A stretch of DNA of 64,000 nucleotides. Origin: Hyphochytrium catenoides (Eukaryota > Protista > Hyphochytriomycota). Location of the stretch: assembly GCA_900088475.1 (NCBI GenBank), contig FLMG01000284.1:1-64000 (forward strand), given 5' to 3'. A model generated the notes under the pieces. The model was given only the letters and a program-made list of their open reading frames with translations, was not told where the DNA came from and did no database searches. Position numbers and translations under genes: made by a program. Positions 36,901 through 50,300 of this stretch are shown here, in pieces (the stretch's first letter is position 1; every line of letters starts with the position of its first letter).

Positions 36901-37970
36901 GTGTACAGGGAGGGTCTGTCTAAGTGTCGTTTTCCTCTTCCAGGCTGAGGAAGAGAAACGGATTATACTGACAAGAGATCAGAAACTTTCTAATCGGAGA
37001 GACGCCGGTGCCTGTTACGTCATCCACTGCAATGATATCAAGGAGCAATTTGATGATGTAAGACCCAATTGAGAAGCTCAGGAGAGCACCAAAAGAATCT
37101 GAACCGTAGCACATGCAGTCTCAACGAAGAAGTCAGTAGGAGATACCAGGTGCAAACCTCTTATTCATGAGAGTCTCTCCTTCTCCATTATACCTAGGTG
37201 ACAAAGCACTTCCAGATCGCTTTCCGAGAGGATGAGTTCATGTCGCGGTCAGTCTATCTCTCCCCTACCTCAGCCCATCTCTCTTGCTTTACCTCTACCA
37301 GACAAGCTCCTGTGGACGTCACGAATGCCCTTGCTCAGGGCCAAAGCTCGGCTAGATAAACCCTCTAACACTACCTCTCCAACTTCATCTTATGGAGTCC
37401 TATATGGCTATCTGACGTGTACGATCTGGCAGATGCGGGAAGTGTAACGGGAAAGGCTATCAGAGGATCTCAATTGAAGACGTGAAGTCGAGAGAGGAGG
37501 TGAGCCGGGAGGCTAAAGGACTTTGGTCCGTCCCTGCGTTGTTTCCCCTTCTTGCTTTTACGCATTGGTTCTATATGATAGTGCTCCATTCATTCTCATA
37601 GTCTACGTCTCTGGGTTGGGGTTTTGTTCGTCCTCTGCAAATTTCTCTTCTGCTCAGCTCTAGCATTCTTAAGCGGCATCCACCCTAGAGTCAGACTGAT
37701 CCCGGAGTCTTGTCTATGCAGGTGAAGGAGAAAGTGCTGGAGATTGTTGATGAGTTTTATGAGTGCATCCATTGCCATCAGGTATATTGGGAAGGTCCTA
37801 AGTTCATGGATGCCCGCTCTCGTTTTTATGAGATGTTTGAGATCATCCGAGCGAGAGGGGACTTGCAAGACAAGAGTGAGGATGAGGACCGTGTCCCAGG
37901 AGAGAACGAAAGCCAGAATAGTATAGGCAACGAAGAGGAGAAGAGCCAAGCAGCAGGAGAGTGTGGTTAG
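30901..37970 (+). CDS. EXD3: MUT-7/EXD3-family DEDDy 3'-5' exoribonuclease with internal YbaK/aminoacyl-tRNA-deacylase-like domain and C-terminal Mut7-C (PIN-like + Zn ribbon) domain
   Basis: ExoI IGLDVEWKP...ASLLQIAT; ExoII KLGFGFPHDLK; ExoIII SLTKLCETVLGKPLNK/EEQMSNWEQRPLSDSQLR/YAALDALCL. YbaK: LCKTIAL...VRLA...IFGYYPGSMPPVGH...TGGGTP. Mut7-C: RFLADDMMGRLCRWLRVMGVD...RIILTRD...SRCGKCNG...FYECIHCHQVYWEG. The start codon is uncertain (between ~30741 and 31565). Confidence 0.9.
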
Positions 37971-38450
37971 GATGCAACTTATGTCTATTCAACTCCAAAG
38001 CAACAGTCAGAATCCTCTGGCTCAGTACAACATAGTATTAACAAAGAATCAGGCGGAGAGAGGCAGTGGCCAGTATGGCATCTAGGCAAGCACGCCCTAA
38101 GAGCGAGTAATGGACAGATGTCCACCAGATGATCACTGGGATGGACTCATGCTACGCCCTCTCCTCTCTGATTCCTCTGCATGGGACCATCTCCAAGGTC
38201 AATGGGCAGCGACCCTTATGACCCGCAGTGGTAATGCGCGATAGAAGGCTTCCCTAGAACCTGTCTTTCTGTTATAGACGATGACAATTGTCCAGATTAA
38301 GCAAGAACGAGAAGGGGCCACAGTAACCCTTGTCTGGCCTTTCTGACGTTTGCTTCGTAGGAATCGATCAAATAGATGACAGCGACCAGGCCAGGCAATA
38401 ACAGCAACCAACCAAGCCGAGACGTGAACGACCTAACAGGGAGAGAATAG

Positions 38451-38650
38451 CAAGCAGTGACCGCAAGCGGAGACAGCAAGTAAACAAGCAATGACAGCCA
38501 CTGCCCAAGCGAAGACACCAACTGGGCAAGCAATGACGGCCACTGCCCAAGCGAAGACACCAACTGGGCAAGCAATGACAGCCACTGACTAAGCGGAGAC
38601 AGCACATGAGCCAGCAATGACAGCGACGGACCAAGCCGGTGACCGCAAGT
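38451..38650. repeat. 42-bp minisatellite (2 near-perfect plus ~3 degenerate units)
   Basis: Unit caagcaatgacRgccactgcccaagcgaagacaccaactggg in tandem, with degenerate flanking copies. Confidence 0.85.
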
Positions 38651-38841
38651 AGCCAAGCACGAGTTGACAAGAAGACTGCTGTGCCAGGGCAGAAGCTAGG
38701 GAGTTGATCTCAATGCAAAAACAGGCAATATGGCTCTTCACCTTTGTGAAATCCCCCAGGACTCCTCTGAATCCTTCAACAACTGCTGAAAGAATCAAAG
38801 GCTCCATAGTAAAGATGACTTGAAAGATACCACTGAAAGCA

Positions 38842-41800
38842 ATGTTTCGTTTCTCACCTCTTCAGAAGTCCCCTCGTACAGCCAAGGCCCCATCATCCAC
38901 GTCAGAAGCCATCATCGTGAGGAGACGAGGAGAAGCAGAAAGATGGAGCCGCAACCTCTCAATCCTGGAGAGCGAACGGCAGTCTTGGAAGCATCTGACA
39001 GGCAGGCGGGCCAAAGGAGGAGGAAGAGGTGGGACATAAGCTTGCCAAGCAAGGGGAGAAGTCGAGAAGGCCGTTGTTAGATCTTGCTTCCTCCTGGATA
39101 ACTTCCCGTGGACTGCGAGGAGCGGAGTCCTTTTGGCTTATATTACAAGGGATGAATGTCTTGCTGCATCGCAGCTTGAACACCGCAGGAAGGCGCTCAT
39201 TCAGGGCTGCTGGTGGAGCTTATCGCGTAGGTTTCTTGCAGCGCTATGGATTACCTTCTTGCCCACATCTGCTATGGATTTGATCCCCATAGTTTGCCCT
39301 TTGCTCTAACAGATTGACCCACTTCATACAGAGTTGGACGAAAAGAAGGAACGCTTGGAGGATGGAACACACCTTTGGAGGAGCAGGGTGAGTTGCGTTC
39401 CCCCATTTCTCTTGGTTCCCTCTCTCTCACTCTGTGGCATTCGTGGAGTATGAGACTGCCTAATCATCTCTTTTTCCCTTTCCTTTCGCTTTCTCTCTTT
39501 CCTTGAGTTAAGCTCATTGCTTTGTTGTTGTCTATTCCTCTTTGCGCTACGTACTACGTTTCAGGCTCGATAGGGACTTTGAGCACACTTTGGACAACGA
39601 TGGGTCTGTCCTGGCTGCTCTGACAGCGAAGTCAACGGCTTTTATAGGCTTCCGCGATCTGAGTCCATTGGTATATCTCCCATATTACCGACTCATCGCC
39701 AACCTTCTCTCCCACTTCTCTCTCCCACTTCCTTGCCCGGTCCGGCACCTTCTCTCCATTTTCCTATGCCTTTCTCTGCTTTCTTTCCTTCTTCCTCTCA
39801 CATCCCTGCTTCATCCTCTACTTTGTTCTATCATTGTCACGTCCTTTCTCACTCCGTTGTCCTTCTCCTTCAGGTGTTAAGTTCTTCTTTTCACTTCCTG
39901 TGCTCTTTTTTCTTATTCTATTCGTTTTATTACTCGGTAGCCCCCACTAGCGCTCTTGACTAGGTCTTCTCTCTCTTCCGCTCCCTCTGTAGATGGTTGT
40001 AGGACAAGATCGAGACCCATTGAAGACCCGTATAGCATGGTAAAGACTCAATGTTACAGCTAATTATAAGACACCCATAGGAGGTCAAAGTCCAAGGGAA
40101 AGGGAGGTTTCTCTAATATGCTTGCTGCGTTTAGGCTCAGGAAGGAGCATCTAGAGGCGGTCGGAATCCCCGTCACTGTAAGCTTCCTCCAAACCCCATC
40201 TCCAGCTCGTCGTGCTTGACTCTCTTGCTCTCATTCTCTCTTCTTCTTCAGGTGGACTAACCTATTCGCTAATCACCTTCTTTACCTTCTCCTGCCTCTC
40301 AGGCGTCGCCTCCGACCTTCTCTTCCTTCTGATGTACGTTCACTTGCTCTTGCTTTACTCTCCTATTCATTAAATGCATTGCATCCGCTCTCTATAGAAT
40401 GCTGTCTGGCACAGCCGAATACCTAATCCGCTCCCCGCCCTCAGACCAAGCAAAAGTCTATCGTTCTGTTGGGAAGACGGAAATTCACATCCCTGGCGGA
40501 GGATGAGTGGAAGTTGTACCACATTGAGCAAGACACTGTGGGAAAGAAGGAACAAACAGAGGAAGGCCACAGAAAAGCGCCAGAAGAAGAGAAGACGGAC
40601 GCCTCAGAGTGCTATGACACTGAGGCCTTCCTTCATGTATTTGCTGTAGATCTAACCGATGTAGATCAGGAGCGACTCTCCCAAATCCTGAAGAGCCTAG
40701 GTAAGGAATTAGTTGAAGAAGGAAGGACACGACTGGATGCGTGAATGCGCCGTCAAACGCTCTCTAAGAGTAGACTCTGCTTTCTCCCTCTGCGTTGTTT
40801 CCGGTCTCCTCTAGTACTTGAGCATGATGGTTGTATACGTATGGCTTACCGCTAGGAATTATGAAGTCGTTTGCCTTACTCACTGCAGCTCTCCTTCATG
40901 TTCACCCTCAAAGAGCCCCGGCTAGATGCAGAGAGTGTGGAGGTGAAAACAGTTCCTATGCGCGCTCTTCTTCCTCTAGCGCTCTCCTCTGCAGCAACTG
41001 CACGCCGTACCCTTGCACTTCTAGGATTGGGAAAGGCGTACCTAGACTGGACTAAGCGGAACCGGTTCTGCGGAACGTGCGGCAGTCAGACTGTTGCGAA
41101 GTCTGGTGGTCTGCGGCTTATCTGTAGCTCGGAGGCCTGCAAGTCTACTATTTATATGAGGACGGACCCGGTCGTCATCATGGCTGTCGTAAGTGCCAGC
41201 AGAGACTATTGCTCAGTTCTGTCTAAATACTCCGACTATGATTGAACAAGCGCTGCAGGGTCTGGCATCTAGTATGTTTGGTATCCGTCTCGCCTCGTAT
41301 TTTTCATGAGCATGAGTGCATCGCCGTGCGCCGAAGATATTGCCATCCTTGATATGCTTTCGATATATCTGCCCAGTACCTAGATTCTGGAGGAGCGTTT
41401 TCCTTTAGTTCCAAAAGACTAAAGACTAAAGAGAACTGTTGACAGCTTTCACCTGACCACGAACGGATAGCGCTTGGTCGCCAAGCAGGATTCCCAGCTG
41501 GGATGTACACCGTACTGGCAGGATTTTTGGAACCTGGAGAGTCCATTGAAGATGCTGTCAAGCGCGAGGTGAGATTTGTAATAGGGATGATTGTGACACA
41601 CCAAGCTTATTCAAGCCCTTATGCTGGCACACTATGGGGAACGTCTACTTCTCCAGCATTTTCTATTCTAGTGGGTCGCATATGACTCCTCCTCCCAGAG
41701 AGGTCCGTCTGCTGACGTGAATCAACTTCTGTCCCAGAAATCTACCTCTCTATGTTAGGGCAAACTTTTCTACTGCAAAGTACAGGGAGAACCAATCTCT

Positions 41801-42469
41801 TCACGCTCGGTTCTTCCTTCTTCCGCCTATATGTCGTATCTGTCTTGATGGCTCTCTTTATGCTGTTGACAAGACACAAAAGGACTAAGAAGTTGCTACC
41901 AAATAGGTGCAGGAAGAGGCCGGTTTACCTGTACAGAGCGTGCACTACCATTCTTCTCAGCCATGGCCAATTGGAAGAGGGGCGTCAAACCAGCTTATGA
42001 TTGGATGCATGGCAGTCTCCGAGACGGATGAGATCAACTTCAATCGGAAAGAGATGGAGGTAAGCGGAAGAGGAAGATAGAGGGAGGACATAATGGGGGC
42101 GGGCGTTTAGAAGAAAGGCATGGATGGCGACGTGAGAGGTGCCCTTTAGGCCCATAAGTGTGAAGAAGGATAACGGCCTCTTCACCCCTGAAAAAAATAA
42201 TGGGGTGGAAGGAGTGGCAGGGCACAAGGTCGTCGAACTTGAACGGGAGACTCAAGAGATAGTGCTTCCTGTGACCCTTTGCGAAGTATATCGGAAGACA
42301 TCTAACGCTCTGAAATGTTTAGGATATTCGGTGGTTTAGTAGAGATGAGGTCTTGCAATTGCTTCGGGGTGGGGCAGCAGGGAAAGTTGAGATCACTATC
42401 CCTGGCCCCTACGCCATCGCTCATCACCTAATAAAAGCCTGGGCTGAAGAGAGGAAGAGTAACCTCTAA
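38842..42469 (+). CDS. nudC: NudC-type NAD(H) pyrophosphatase / NAD-cap decapping Nudix hydrolase (NUDT12/NUDT13 family)
   Basis: Zn finger WTKRNRFCGTCG...ICSSEAC..YMRTDPVVIMAV; Nudix box LAGFLEPGESIEDAVKRE/VQEEAGL; signature SQPWP...QLMIG; C-terminal DIRWFSRDEV...PGPYAIAHHLIKAW...KSNL*. Confidence 0.93.
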
Positions 42470-42712
42470 ACCATCCAGATTAAGGAAGCCGCCTAAGATA
42501 ACTTCGCTCTTTGAGTGTTAAGGTCAGGCAGAGGAAGTATGAGCCCCTGTCGAGAGTATTAGAGGTAAGAAGGTGCAACAAGAGCTATAGGCGTCGAAGA
42601 CAGTTGGACTACTTGCATTATAGACTATAAATGCGAACCATGAAACCCACGTCGAGTATGCTTCTTCTAATAAGGGAGGAGCGAGCAGGAGAGAGAACTA
42701 GGCTCCGCCACG

Positions 42713-43836
42713 CTACTTCTTCTTTCCACCTTTCTTCTTCTTTCCCCCAGCCTTTTTGGCTGCTGTGGTCCCTGCTGGAGGTTGGTAGTTGGAAAGCCAG
42801 TCGTTGTCATAAACAGTCTCCTTAACCTCTATCTTTTTGTCAGCTTGCTGGGCAGGGGCGCTCTTGGCCTTCTGCAGGAAAAGAGCGAGAAAGTTCTGAG
42901 CAAAGTCGCAAAGGTAGTATGACCGCATGCTTCTGAGGATGCCGTCGCTGTATTGTTCCTCTTCCGGATGACCTGCAGCAGTCAAAGTAAGACCGTTAGA
43001 CCTCGCCAGGACAGCTTAACTTATGGTAAGGTCGGATCAAGTTAGATGCGACAACGGGGAGGACAAAGTAGCGAGACGACTGAGTTAAAAACTCTGTGAA
43101 TGCCTTCTCCTTTCCACGGAGATCAGTCCAGAATACGTGAGGGGATAGCAAGGTGCTCACTGAACAGCTTACCCTTTAGCTCATCAATAACGTGTCCATT
43201 GTTCTTGTCAACGAAAGCCTTTGTCTTCTTAGTAACCAAAGCCTTCCAAGGCCAGTCCTCTGCATGCTCCTGACCTTCTGACAGAGCAATGAGGAACTTC
43301 AGCGCATCATCCGCGCTTTGCGAGAGGACACCGCCGTGGCATTCACAGCAAANNNNNNNNNNNNNNNNNNTTCCACTAGTCATGACAGCTACGTGCAGCA
43401 CCACAACGCTCTTTGAAGCAGCAGCATCCCCTTTCAGTAGAGCATTAGGCGTTACCTCTCGGAAACCTTGAGAAGAAAGTTCTCCCTTGACGTCGTGGAC
43501 CATCGTGACCACACATGGGAGAATGTCTTCTGAAACTCTTCCTGGGAGACAATCTCCTTGATCTGAATGATAAGAAGAGAGGGAGAGTAAGACCGACGAG
43601 CGTGATGCCGGCAGTTTAGCCAACAGTGGAGCGACAACGAGGTCCCGTGAGATCAGAAGGAGACCTACATGTTGCCTGAAAGGCTCAGCTCTAGCCTGGA
43701 ACTCCAAGATTTGCTTCTTTACTACTTCTTCCGTACTCTCCTCTGGTGGGACAGCCTGAGCAGCTTCTAGCGCTGCCTTGGCGACGGAGTCATCCACCGC
43801 CTTCTTGTTGACCTTCTTCTTGGGTGAGGTGGCCAT
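42713..43836 (-). CDS. Hypothetical protein (about 4 exons), Lys-rich at both termini
   Basis: ATG 43836 MATSPKKKVNKK...; spliced segments IKEIVSQEEFQKTFSHVWSRW, DDALKFLIALSEG..WPW, YSDGILRSMRSYYLCDFAQNFLALF; ends GGKKKKGGKKK*. An N gap lies within the model. Confidence 0.7.
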
Positions 43837-44094
43837 GGTGCTGCTAACTATTAGAGGGGAGAGTTCAGACCGACCCAGCCGCAAGCAATTTTAGAGCAAG
43901 GCAATGGCAAAGAGAGCCAAGAGACTCACGTTTATAAGTTGACCGGTGAGCTAGAAGGAAGGTCACGTGAGGCTGATGGCGTGCTCTCTGGCAGCAAGGA
44001 AATGTGCGTCTGCTTCAGGACGGCTGTGCCGCAACAAATTCTGCAGCAATGACCCAGAGACTGCACTTGTATGGTAAGGATAGCACGAGCCAGC

Positions 44095-44375
44095 AAGAGA
44101 GAGACAGGAGAGAGAGAGAGACAGCAGTGAGCAAGCGAGTGAGAGGTGGACAAAGATAAGCAGACCGAGAGATAGAGAGAGCAGACACAGAGAGAGTGAG
44201 ACGAGAGTTGGGAGACTGAGACGGTGAGAAAGGCGAGAGAGATAAAAAGGGAGAGGGAGAGAGAGACTAAGAAAGAGAGAGAGAGAGAGAGAGGAGAGAG
44301 AGTGTGAGAGAGGAGAGAGAGTGAGAGAATGAGAGAGAGAGAGAGAGAGAGAGAAGATGAGAGAGAGAGAGAGCA
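44095..44375. repeat. (AG)n-rich tract upstream of the hypothetical gene
   Basis: Direct reading. Confidence 0.9.
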
Positions 44376-45531
44376 CTGACTAGGAAGGTGATATCAATCA
44401 TCTGAGGCAGACGGAAGTCGCAGTCTCAACATTCAACTGGGAGTAGTAGTACAGATACACGGACACAGAGAAACCTTGCAAGCCATCGTCTCAGCAATAG
44501 TAATAGTAGGGACCAAGGTTGGATCTGATTGCCCTGTCCCATCATCAGCCGTTCCTGGGGTAGATCTGAATCTGCTCTGGCTTGATGATGAAGGGAAGAG
44601 GTACGGACATTATTGGGCATCCAAGAAGGAGGCATTGTGCAAGACAGAGAGTGGAGAGATAGAAGCGACCTTCGTGAGATAAAGTAAACCTTTGTCAGGA
44701 GGGTATTAACCCGACACAGAGGTGCATAAAACGAAGAGGAGCGTGCCAATGTGACCGGTGCTCTTGCCGCCACATTAGGATGAAGGTGAAGAGTTGGCCT
44801 TGGGAAGAGCTTATTACTGAGAGAGGATAACAGAGACCGCCTGCACAAGCCGATAATAAAGCAGGGCGGCGGGCTAAGAGGAGTTGCTATCTTCTAGTGG
44901 TAATGAGATGGTGAGCCTCTACTTTAGAAACGTACTCTACATAATAAACAATATCTCCTATGAGCTTGATGTTAAAAAGCTGTGAGTCACGTACATATGT
45001 GTAGCGACCCTGTCCGGCCAACTTACTACGTTGACTTCCATCTAAGACTCCCAGCGGATACACATTCAGAGCAGAGTCAGCAGGTATAGACCACAGAACA
45101 TGAGGGCAGTCTTGGAGCCGATACCATGCTTGCTTCACAACCTGCCTGTGTGGGAATGCTCATTCTACCTGATGACCTAGCTGACGCCCGCTCTGTTGCT
45201 AAGTGCTGCACCGCGCAGTTTCACGGCCTCTGAATGTCAACACGACTGTCACTTGTTCTTTGGCGAAATGCTTGGTACAACCCAGAGATTTCGGCGTTTG
45301 AACTATTAAGGAGAGGTAGACCCCCTGCGTCCTCCCTTTCATACGCCACTTCCAAAGCTGGTTTGACTAATAGAAGTTGCAGCTCACCATCATACCAAGC
45401 CAGGGAACAGGTAGGAAGAGACTTCGCCTTCCATGCGAATTCTCCTCAACGCCTTACGACATCTCAAGGTCACCTTAAGGGAGCCATCGAGCTGCAACCT
45501 TATTCAACAGAGTCAAATTGAAAGTATTCGT

Positions 45532-45609
45532 CTTGTCCAGAAGTGACATCATCTGGAGATGCAACAGGCTTGCCCAGAAGTGACATCATCTGGAGATGCA
45601 ACAGGCTTG
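45532..45609. repeat. Tandem duplication, 37-bp period x2
   Basis: ccagaagtgacatcatctggagatgcaacaggcttg at 45537-45572 and 45574-45609. Confidence 0.9.
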
Positions 45610-45996
45610 GTCCTGTGAGTGAATAAGGGGCTGCCTCAGATGGAAAAGGCAGCCGAGGTCCACCTACGAGGTGATGAAGCGAAGAGTGACGCATAATGTA
45701 TGCCATAGCTCTGATTTGTCGGCACGAGATCCAGAGCCGCTACTACTCCTTGTCGTGCGTGACCCTCTACCTAGGAACTCTTGAAAGCTTGTGCTTGATG
45801 AAAAACAGTCGTCAAAATCTGTCATTATAAACTCTATTATACAGAGACTCACTAATCTACAAGGGAGAGATGTGATATCGATCACAATATTCAGGAAATA
45901 GAAAAGACAGGCACACTGACAGCGCCATATGTTGGACGATGACATATAAATAAGGAGAAGTGACAAGGACTGTGGTGTGCTGCAACCTGTTCAGGT

Positions 45997-46833
45997 TTAC
46001 CAGCTAGGAGCTCCAAAAAAGTCCCCTTCACTAGGCAACACTGCTGACATCTCCGTAGGAGCAGGAAGGAATGGCTTGAAGATATCGGACTCCTCTAGCG
46101 CACTCATCACTTTCAGTGTTGAAGGCTGCTGTACGTTGTCTAGGCTCTCAAACCACCCATTGCAGGAGGCAGGGAGATCTGCACCAGTAAACAGGCCAGT
46201 TGATGGTGGCAGAGCCATGTCGAAAAGAGGAAGATCATCATCCATTGGGGAGGTGAAGGCTAAGCCGTAGTCTAGAACATCCAAAACGAGATCAGCCTCC
46301 AAAGAATCGTTCTTCAGAACATCACTGGACATCTTGAGCATCTTTGCTGGAGGCTCATAGCTAGAGACCGCACATCTCTTCATGGTTGGAGAAGGGGCGT
46401 TGGGGATCCGCAGCTCCATAGAGCGTGGGGATTTCTGTGCAGTCTTTCTCCGGATCATCTTGAGGTTTTCAGGGTTGTCCCTAGTAAAGTACGGGCGGTA
46501 GTACGTGCATGTCTCAGACTTGCTCTTGCTCATCTTTTTGAAGCCGAAGTAGTTGAGCTGCCGCTGAAACGACGCAAACTTGTTATGTCTGAAGTATTTG
46601 GGCAGGATTATCTCGGTGAAGCGCTCCTGGTCCTTGATCTCAAAGGATGTGCCGCTGCTTGACCAGGTGATGATTGAGGCATCCTCTACCCTAAGGATAG
46701 TCGAAAGCTTCTCAAGAAACGGAGCTACGATAATTCTGGGGCTTCGAGGAGACTCCAGCGTCGACATATGCATCCTATTAGCAGCCTCCACGTTGATCGT
46801 GGGGGCTACCTTCAGCTGACCAAGGTGGCTCAT
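45997..46833 (-). CDS. HSF: HSF-type DNA-binding transcription factor, single exon
   Basis: PFLEKLSTIL...IITWSSSGTSFEIKDQERFTEIILPKYFRHNKFASFQRQLNYFGFKK...YFTRDNPENLKMIRRK, followed by an acidic/aromatic C-terminus. Confidence 0.95.
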   Translation of the reverse strand: MSHLGQLKVAPTINVEAANRMHMSTLESPRSPRIIVAPFLEKLSTILRVEDASIITWSSSGTSFEIKDQERFTEIILPKYFRHNKFASFQRQLNYFGFKKMSKSKSETCTYYRPYFTRDNPENLKMIRRKTAQKSPRSMELRIPNAPSPTMKRCAVSSYEPPAKMLKMSSDVLKNDSLEADLVLDVLDYGLAFTSPMDDDLPLFDMALPPSTGLFTGADLPASCNGWFESLDNVQQPSTLKVMSALEESDIFKPFLPAPTEMSAVLPSEGDFFGAPSW

Positions 46834-47265
46834 GGTTCTTGGGTTCTCGTAGGAGATACTCTTTGAGCTCTGGCGACGGCGCTGCGTCCTCTAGTGGATT
46901 TGAAACTGGTCTCTTGGTCTTCTTCTTATGGTTCGTTTGCTATGAAGCTTTGTTGCGCTCGTATCGTTGCAAAATGAGGACTGAAGCACGAGGACGCAGT
47001 CAGAGCTTATCAAAGTGATCCCCAAGCACCAGCCTTAGCTTTGAGATAGGAGGATTTGAGAGAAGAAAGAGGAGAGAGGGAGCAAGTAAATCTGTAGGCA
47101 GAAAGTCACCGCTCGATGGGTTTGAGGATCTTTCTGCCCCTCACCTCTCTATCAGCCTCTATGCCTCCTCCCTCTTTCCGATGTTGAAGCAGCCTATGAT
47201 CCTAAACGCTGGATGATGCTTCAAAAGAGGGACACTTAGAGCAGGCCAGAGGTTGGGGACGGAAG

Positions 47266-47296
<31 letters not shown>

Positions 47297-47352
47297 CAGG
47301 GAAGAGAGAGTGAGGGAGAGAGGAGAGAGAAAGAAAGAAAGGAGGGAGAAGA
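47266..47352. repeat. (AG)n tract upstream of HSF
   Basis: Direct reading. Confidence 0.9.
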
Positions 47353-50300
47353 GACCAGAGGAGGCCAGAAACTCAGTACATTCTTATAGTCTCCCAGCCT
47401 GGCGCCCCACCCATCTTCCTTAGAAATCTTGGTACAAACCCCTCTATAGCCTTTCCCCTATCTCTTTGCTATACTCCGTCTTCCCCATCACACTCAGTTT
47501 GAAGGTACCAGGAGGCCTGAGGTCAGCAGTCCAAGTGGCGGGAAGTATGGCGGAGGCCAGGCGAGCAATGGCCGCCTCGTATACCAACCCAGCTGCTGCT
47601 TCTCACTTTCCGCCCCTTGTCTTTGCCCTCTCTCTCACGTCCAGACGAGGTAAAACAGAGGAAACCTCAGTCCTGAAGCCTTTCCATTCACCCTTTCTCC
47701 CCTAGTCAACCTGACGTCCTACCTCTCTCTCTATCCACTCTGTCTCCTTCATCTCTATTCTTTACAGACTCCCTCCTAATATCTCTGCATGGCTCTTTCT
47801 GTTCCTTCCTATCGTACCCCTTGTCTCTGTGTTTGTCCCATAGCAAGCGACTCCCCATGCGGTTGATCACCCTTTCTTAGTCCGCCCACCCCCCTCTCCT
47901 CTCTCTCTCTCTCTCCCTGTTCTCTGTCTCATCAGGTGCAGGGGGCACAAGGGTGAGGGACTGTGGACAGAAATCGCCTCATGGCAGAGGTAAGAAAGAG
48001 CTTTTATTTGAGGCCATTAACTCTGTTTTGGTAGCAGATATACCATCTTGAGTTAATTGTGGACTAGGGGATAGGGCCGCTCTGGTTTGCCCTCATCACA
48101 TTGGCTAGCAGACTTGATTCTCCCAAGCTCCCGCATCCTGGCCTATCAAAATGAAGGGGAAAAGGGGCAGTTGGGGCTAGAGGCCGGGTGCGTATGTACC
48201 TCGCCTGTCCATACTCAGCTTCTTAGATTTTATCTCTCTTCTATACCTTTGATTGCCCCAATACTTTGATTGTAAAAGGGAAATATGCCTTCTCTGGCTG
48301 TCACTCTTCCTCGCTCCTTGTCAGGTCCCACCCGCCCCGCTTCCTCCTTCTTTCTCAGGTAACCTCATGTGCAGTTGTGCAAGCAGTGTAACTGTGACTT
48401 TTCCCTCAGAACGTCACACAGAGTTTGACCCTCTATTGCCCTATCTCTTCAGCACTCTGACTTGGTCTCTCAATATGTTAAAAACTATGAGGGCTTATAT
48501 TCTCTTTACTCTGTCTCGAGGTCAATTAGGAGTACTGAAGGAACTAAAGGAGAACTGGGCGTTTTTCTCAGGTCTCTTTAGTAGAAAACGTCTAAGAGAT
48601 ATACCGAAGAGACCTACTCATTTCCTTTCTGGCCTTAATAACTACGGCAGAAATGATAAATACGTCAACAACAGGACAGAAGATGGCCACACCTTCCACA
48701 AAGCCAATAAAATGTTAGGTCTTTGGTCCTTTGCAAGGGGCGACGAAGACTTTCAGCTGCCTTTCTTCCATCAGCAAACAAGAGCACAATCACAGTTGTT
48801 GAGGCTCCAACCATCAAGCTTCACAATACAATAGGAACTGGAGTGAAGGTAAATACCAAGCCTAGGCATTCTCTATGGGGAAAGAGAGGCACCAATGTCC
48901 CTTGCTAAATACCCAGACATCAAGATTTACAAGGGACACTCGGAAGCCTGATTATTTAGGTTGGCGTTTCGCTTCTCTTGTTGGCCTTGACAGTCAGTCA
49001 GCCTGGTAACTGAGGCAGCCTTGCTATTGTGCAGGTACAAATGGCGTGCGTAACTATGCTTCGTGCTAGGCGGCTGCGCTTCAGACCTCAAAAGGAGGAG
49101 GGTTTTGCCAGGGTTAGGATTAGGGTTCTCTTTGGGCTGGTAGGACTTGATGATAAACCGAGGCACGCACGAAAAAGAAAGGCTGTTGGTCGCCTTGGCA
49201 TCCTAATGGGGCTATAAGGCCTTGCTACCTCCTATCTGGAGGTCAATACGAGCATTCCTTGACTTGCTTGGCACTTCCCTTCCATAAAGATGAAGGTCTT
49301 TTTTACTGTTAGGATTGCCTTGTCTCAAGCCAACAGTGGATGACCAGGAGCGTAGAATGTAGGGTGCCATCAATCAGCCCCTGCCCTGCCCTGATGAAAA
49401 CGCTGCACAAGGGCGAGAACATGTGCTTTCGAGGTACACTAACCTCGTCTATTGATTAGAGGGCCTAACACTAGAAATTTCCATTGTTTTCTCCGAAGAC
49501 GTGGCTACTTGCAGCCTGCTCTCCGTCTCGAGGAAGGCACAAGCATTAAATCAAGGTTCTCGAGCACATTAAAAGAGTCTCCTCCTCCCGTCAATGCTGC
49601 CGAGATATGGAGGACTGCATGTGTCTAGGAAAAAGGGAAGAGGGAGGGCGACAAAAGGACACAGCAAGGAAGAAGACTAACAAAGTGGACCAAAGCAACT
49701 GTGAAAGAGGGCCAAACAGACAGTGAACAAAGGCAAAAAATTTTCAGCGCTTTCTTGAAGGCTGCCAGCTCCTCACTAATTGGTCCATCTGCACTTCAAC
49801 TTCCTCCATTGCTTGGTGGTGGACAGCCCTTCACTTTCAAAGCTCTCTCGCCTCTTTCTTGTTGCTCTTCTTCAGATCTCACCTCTTCTGGACTATGAAG
49901 GAGAGACTGGACTAGAAAGAGATAGAGGGAATGTGGAGCAGGGCAGGCTGCGGGCCATCCAGCGCCACAGAACAGACAGGCTCAAGATGGGACAAAAGAG
50001 GAAAGATGATACGCGGCTGTCCTCCCTCCCTGCACAAGAACCGGGACCGAAGAGCAGGACGAGGGCAAAGCTTCGGAAGTGATAACAGACTAGGTGTCTG
50101 CGTAGCAGGATGACCAAGGTCCTTGTAGGCACTTGGGGCTTGTCTTACCAGTTGCGGCCCCAACCCACTGTCTTACCCTGTGCTCTGCGACTTCTGAAGA
50201 AGAATAGGATGCAAAAGTTTTGGCTTTTATTCTGTCAGGACCAACTTAGAGCAGAACCTGTGACAATTGGACACTTCAACTTGCGGAGGTCTTGTCCCTC

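Noticed and set aside
38451-38650. Repeat array as a possible CRISPR
   Set aside because: Units are contiguous with no unique spacers, there are no cas genes, and the context is eukaryotic.
44426-45140. Protein-like short ORFs on both strands
   Set aside because: Could be pseudogene debris, but no motif or consistent gene model supports a call.
48253-48834. 193-aa ORF upstream of HSF
   Set aside because: Non-ATG start, no recognisable domain or splice support.
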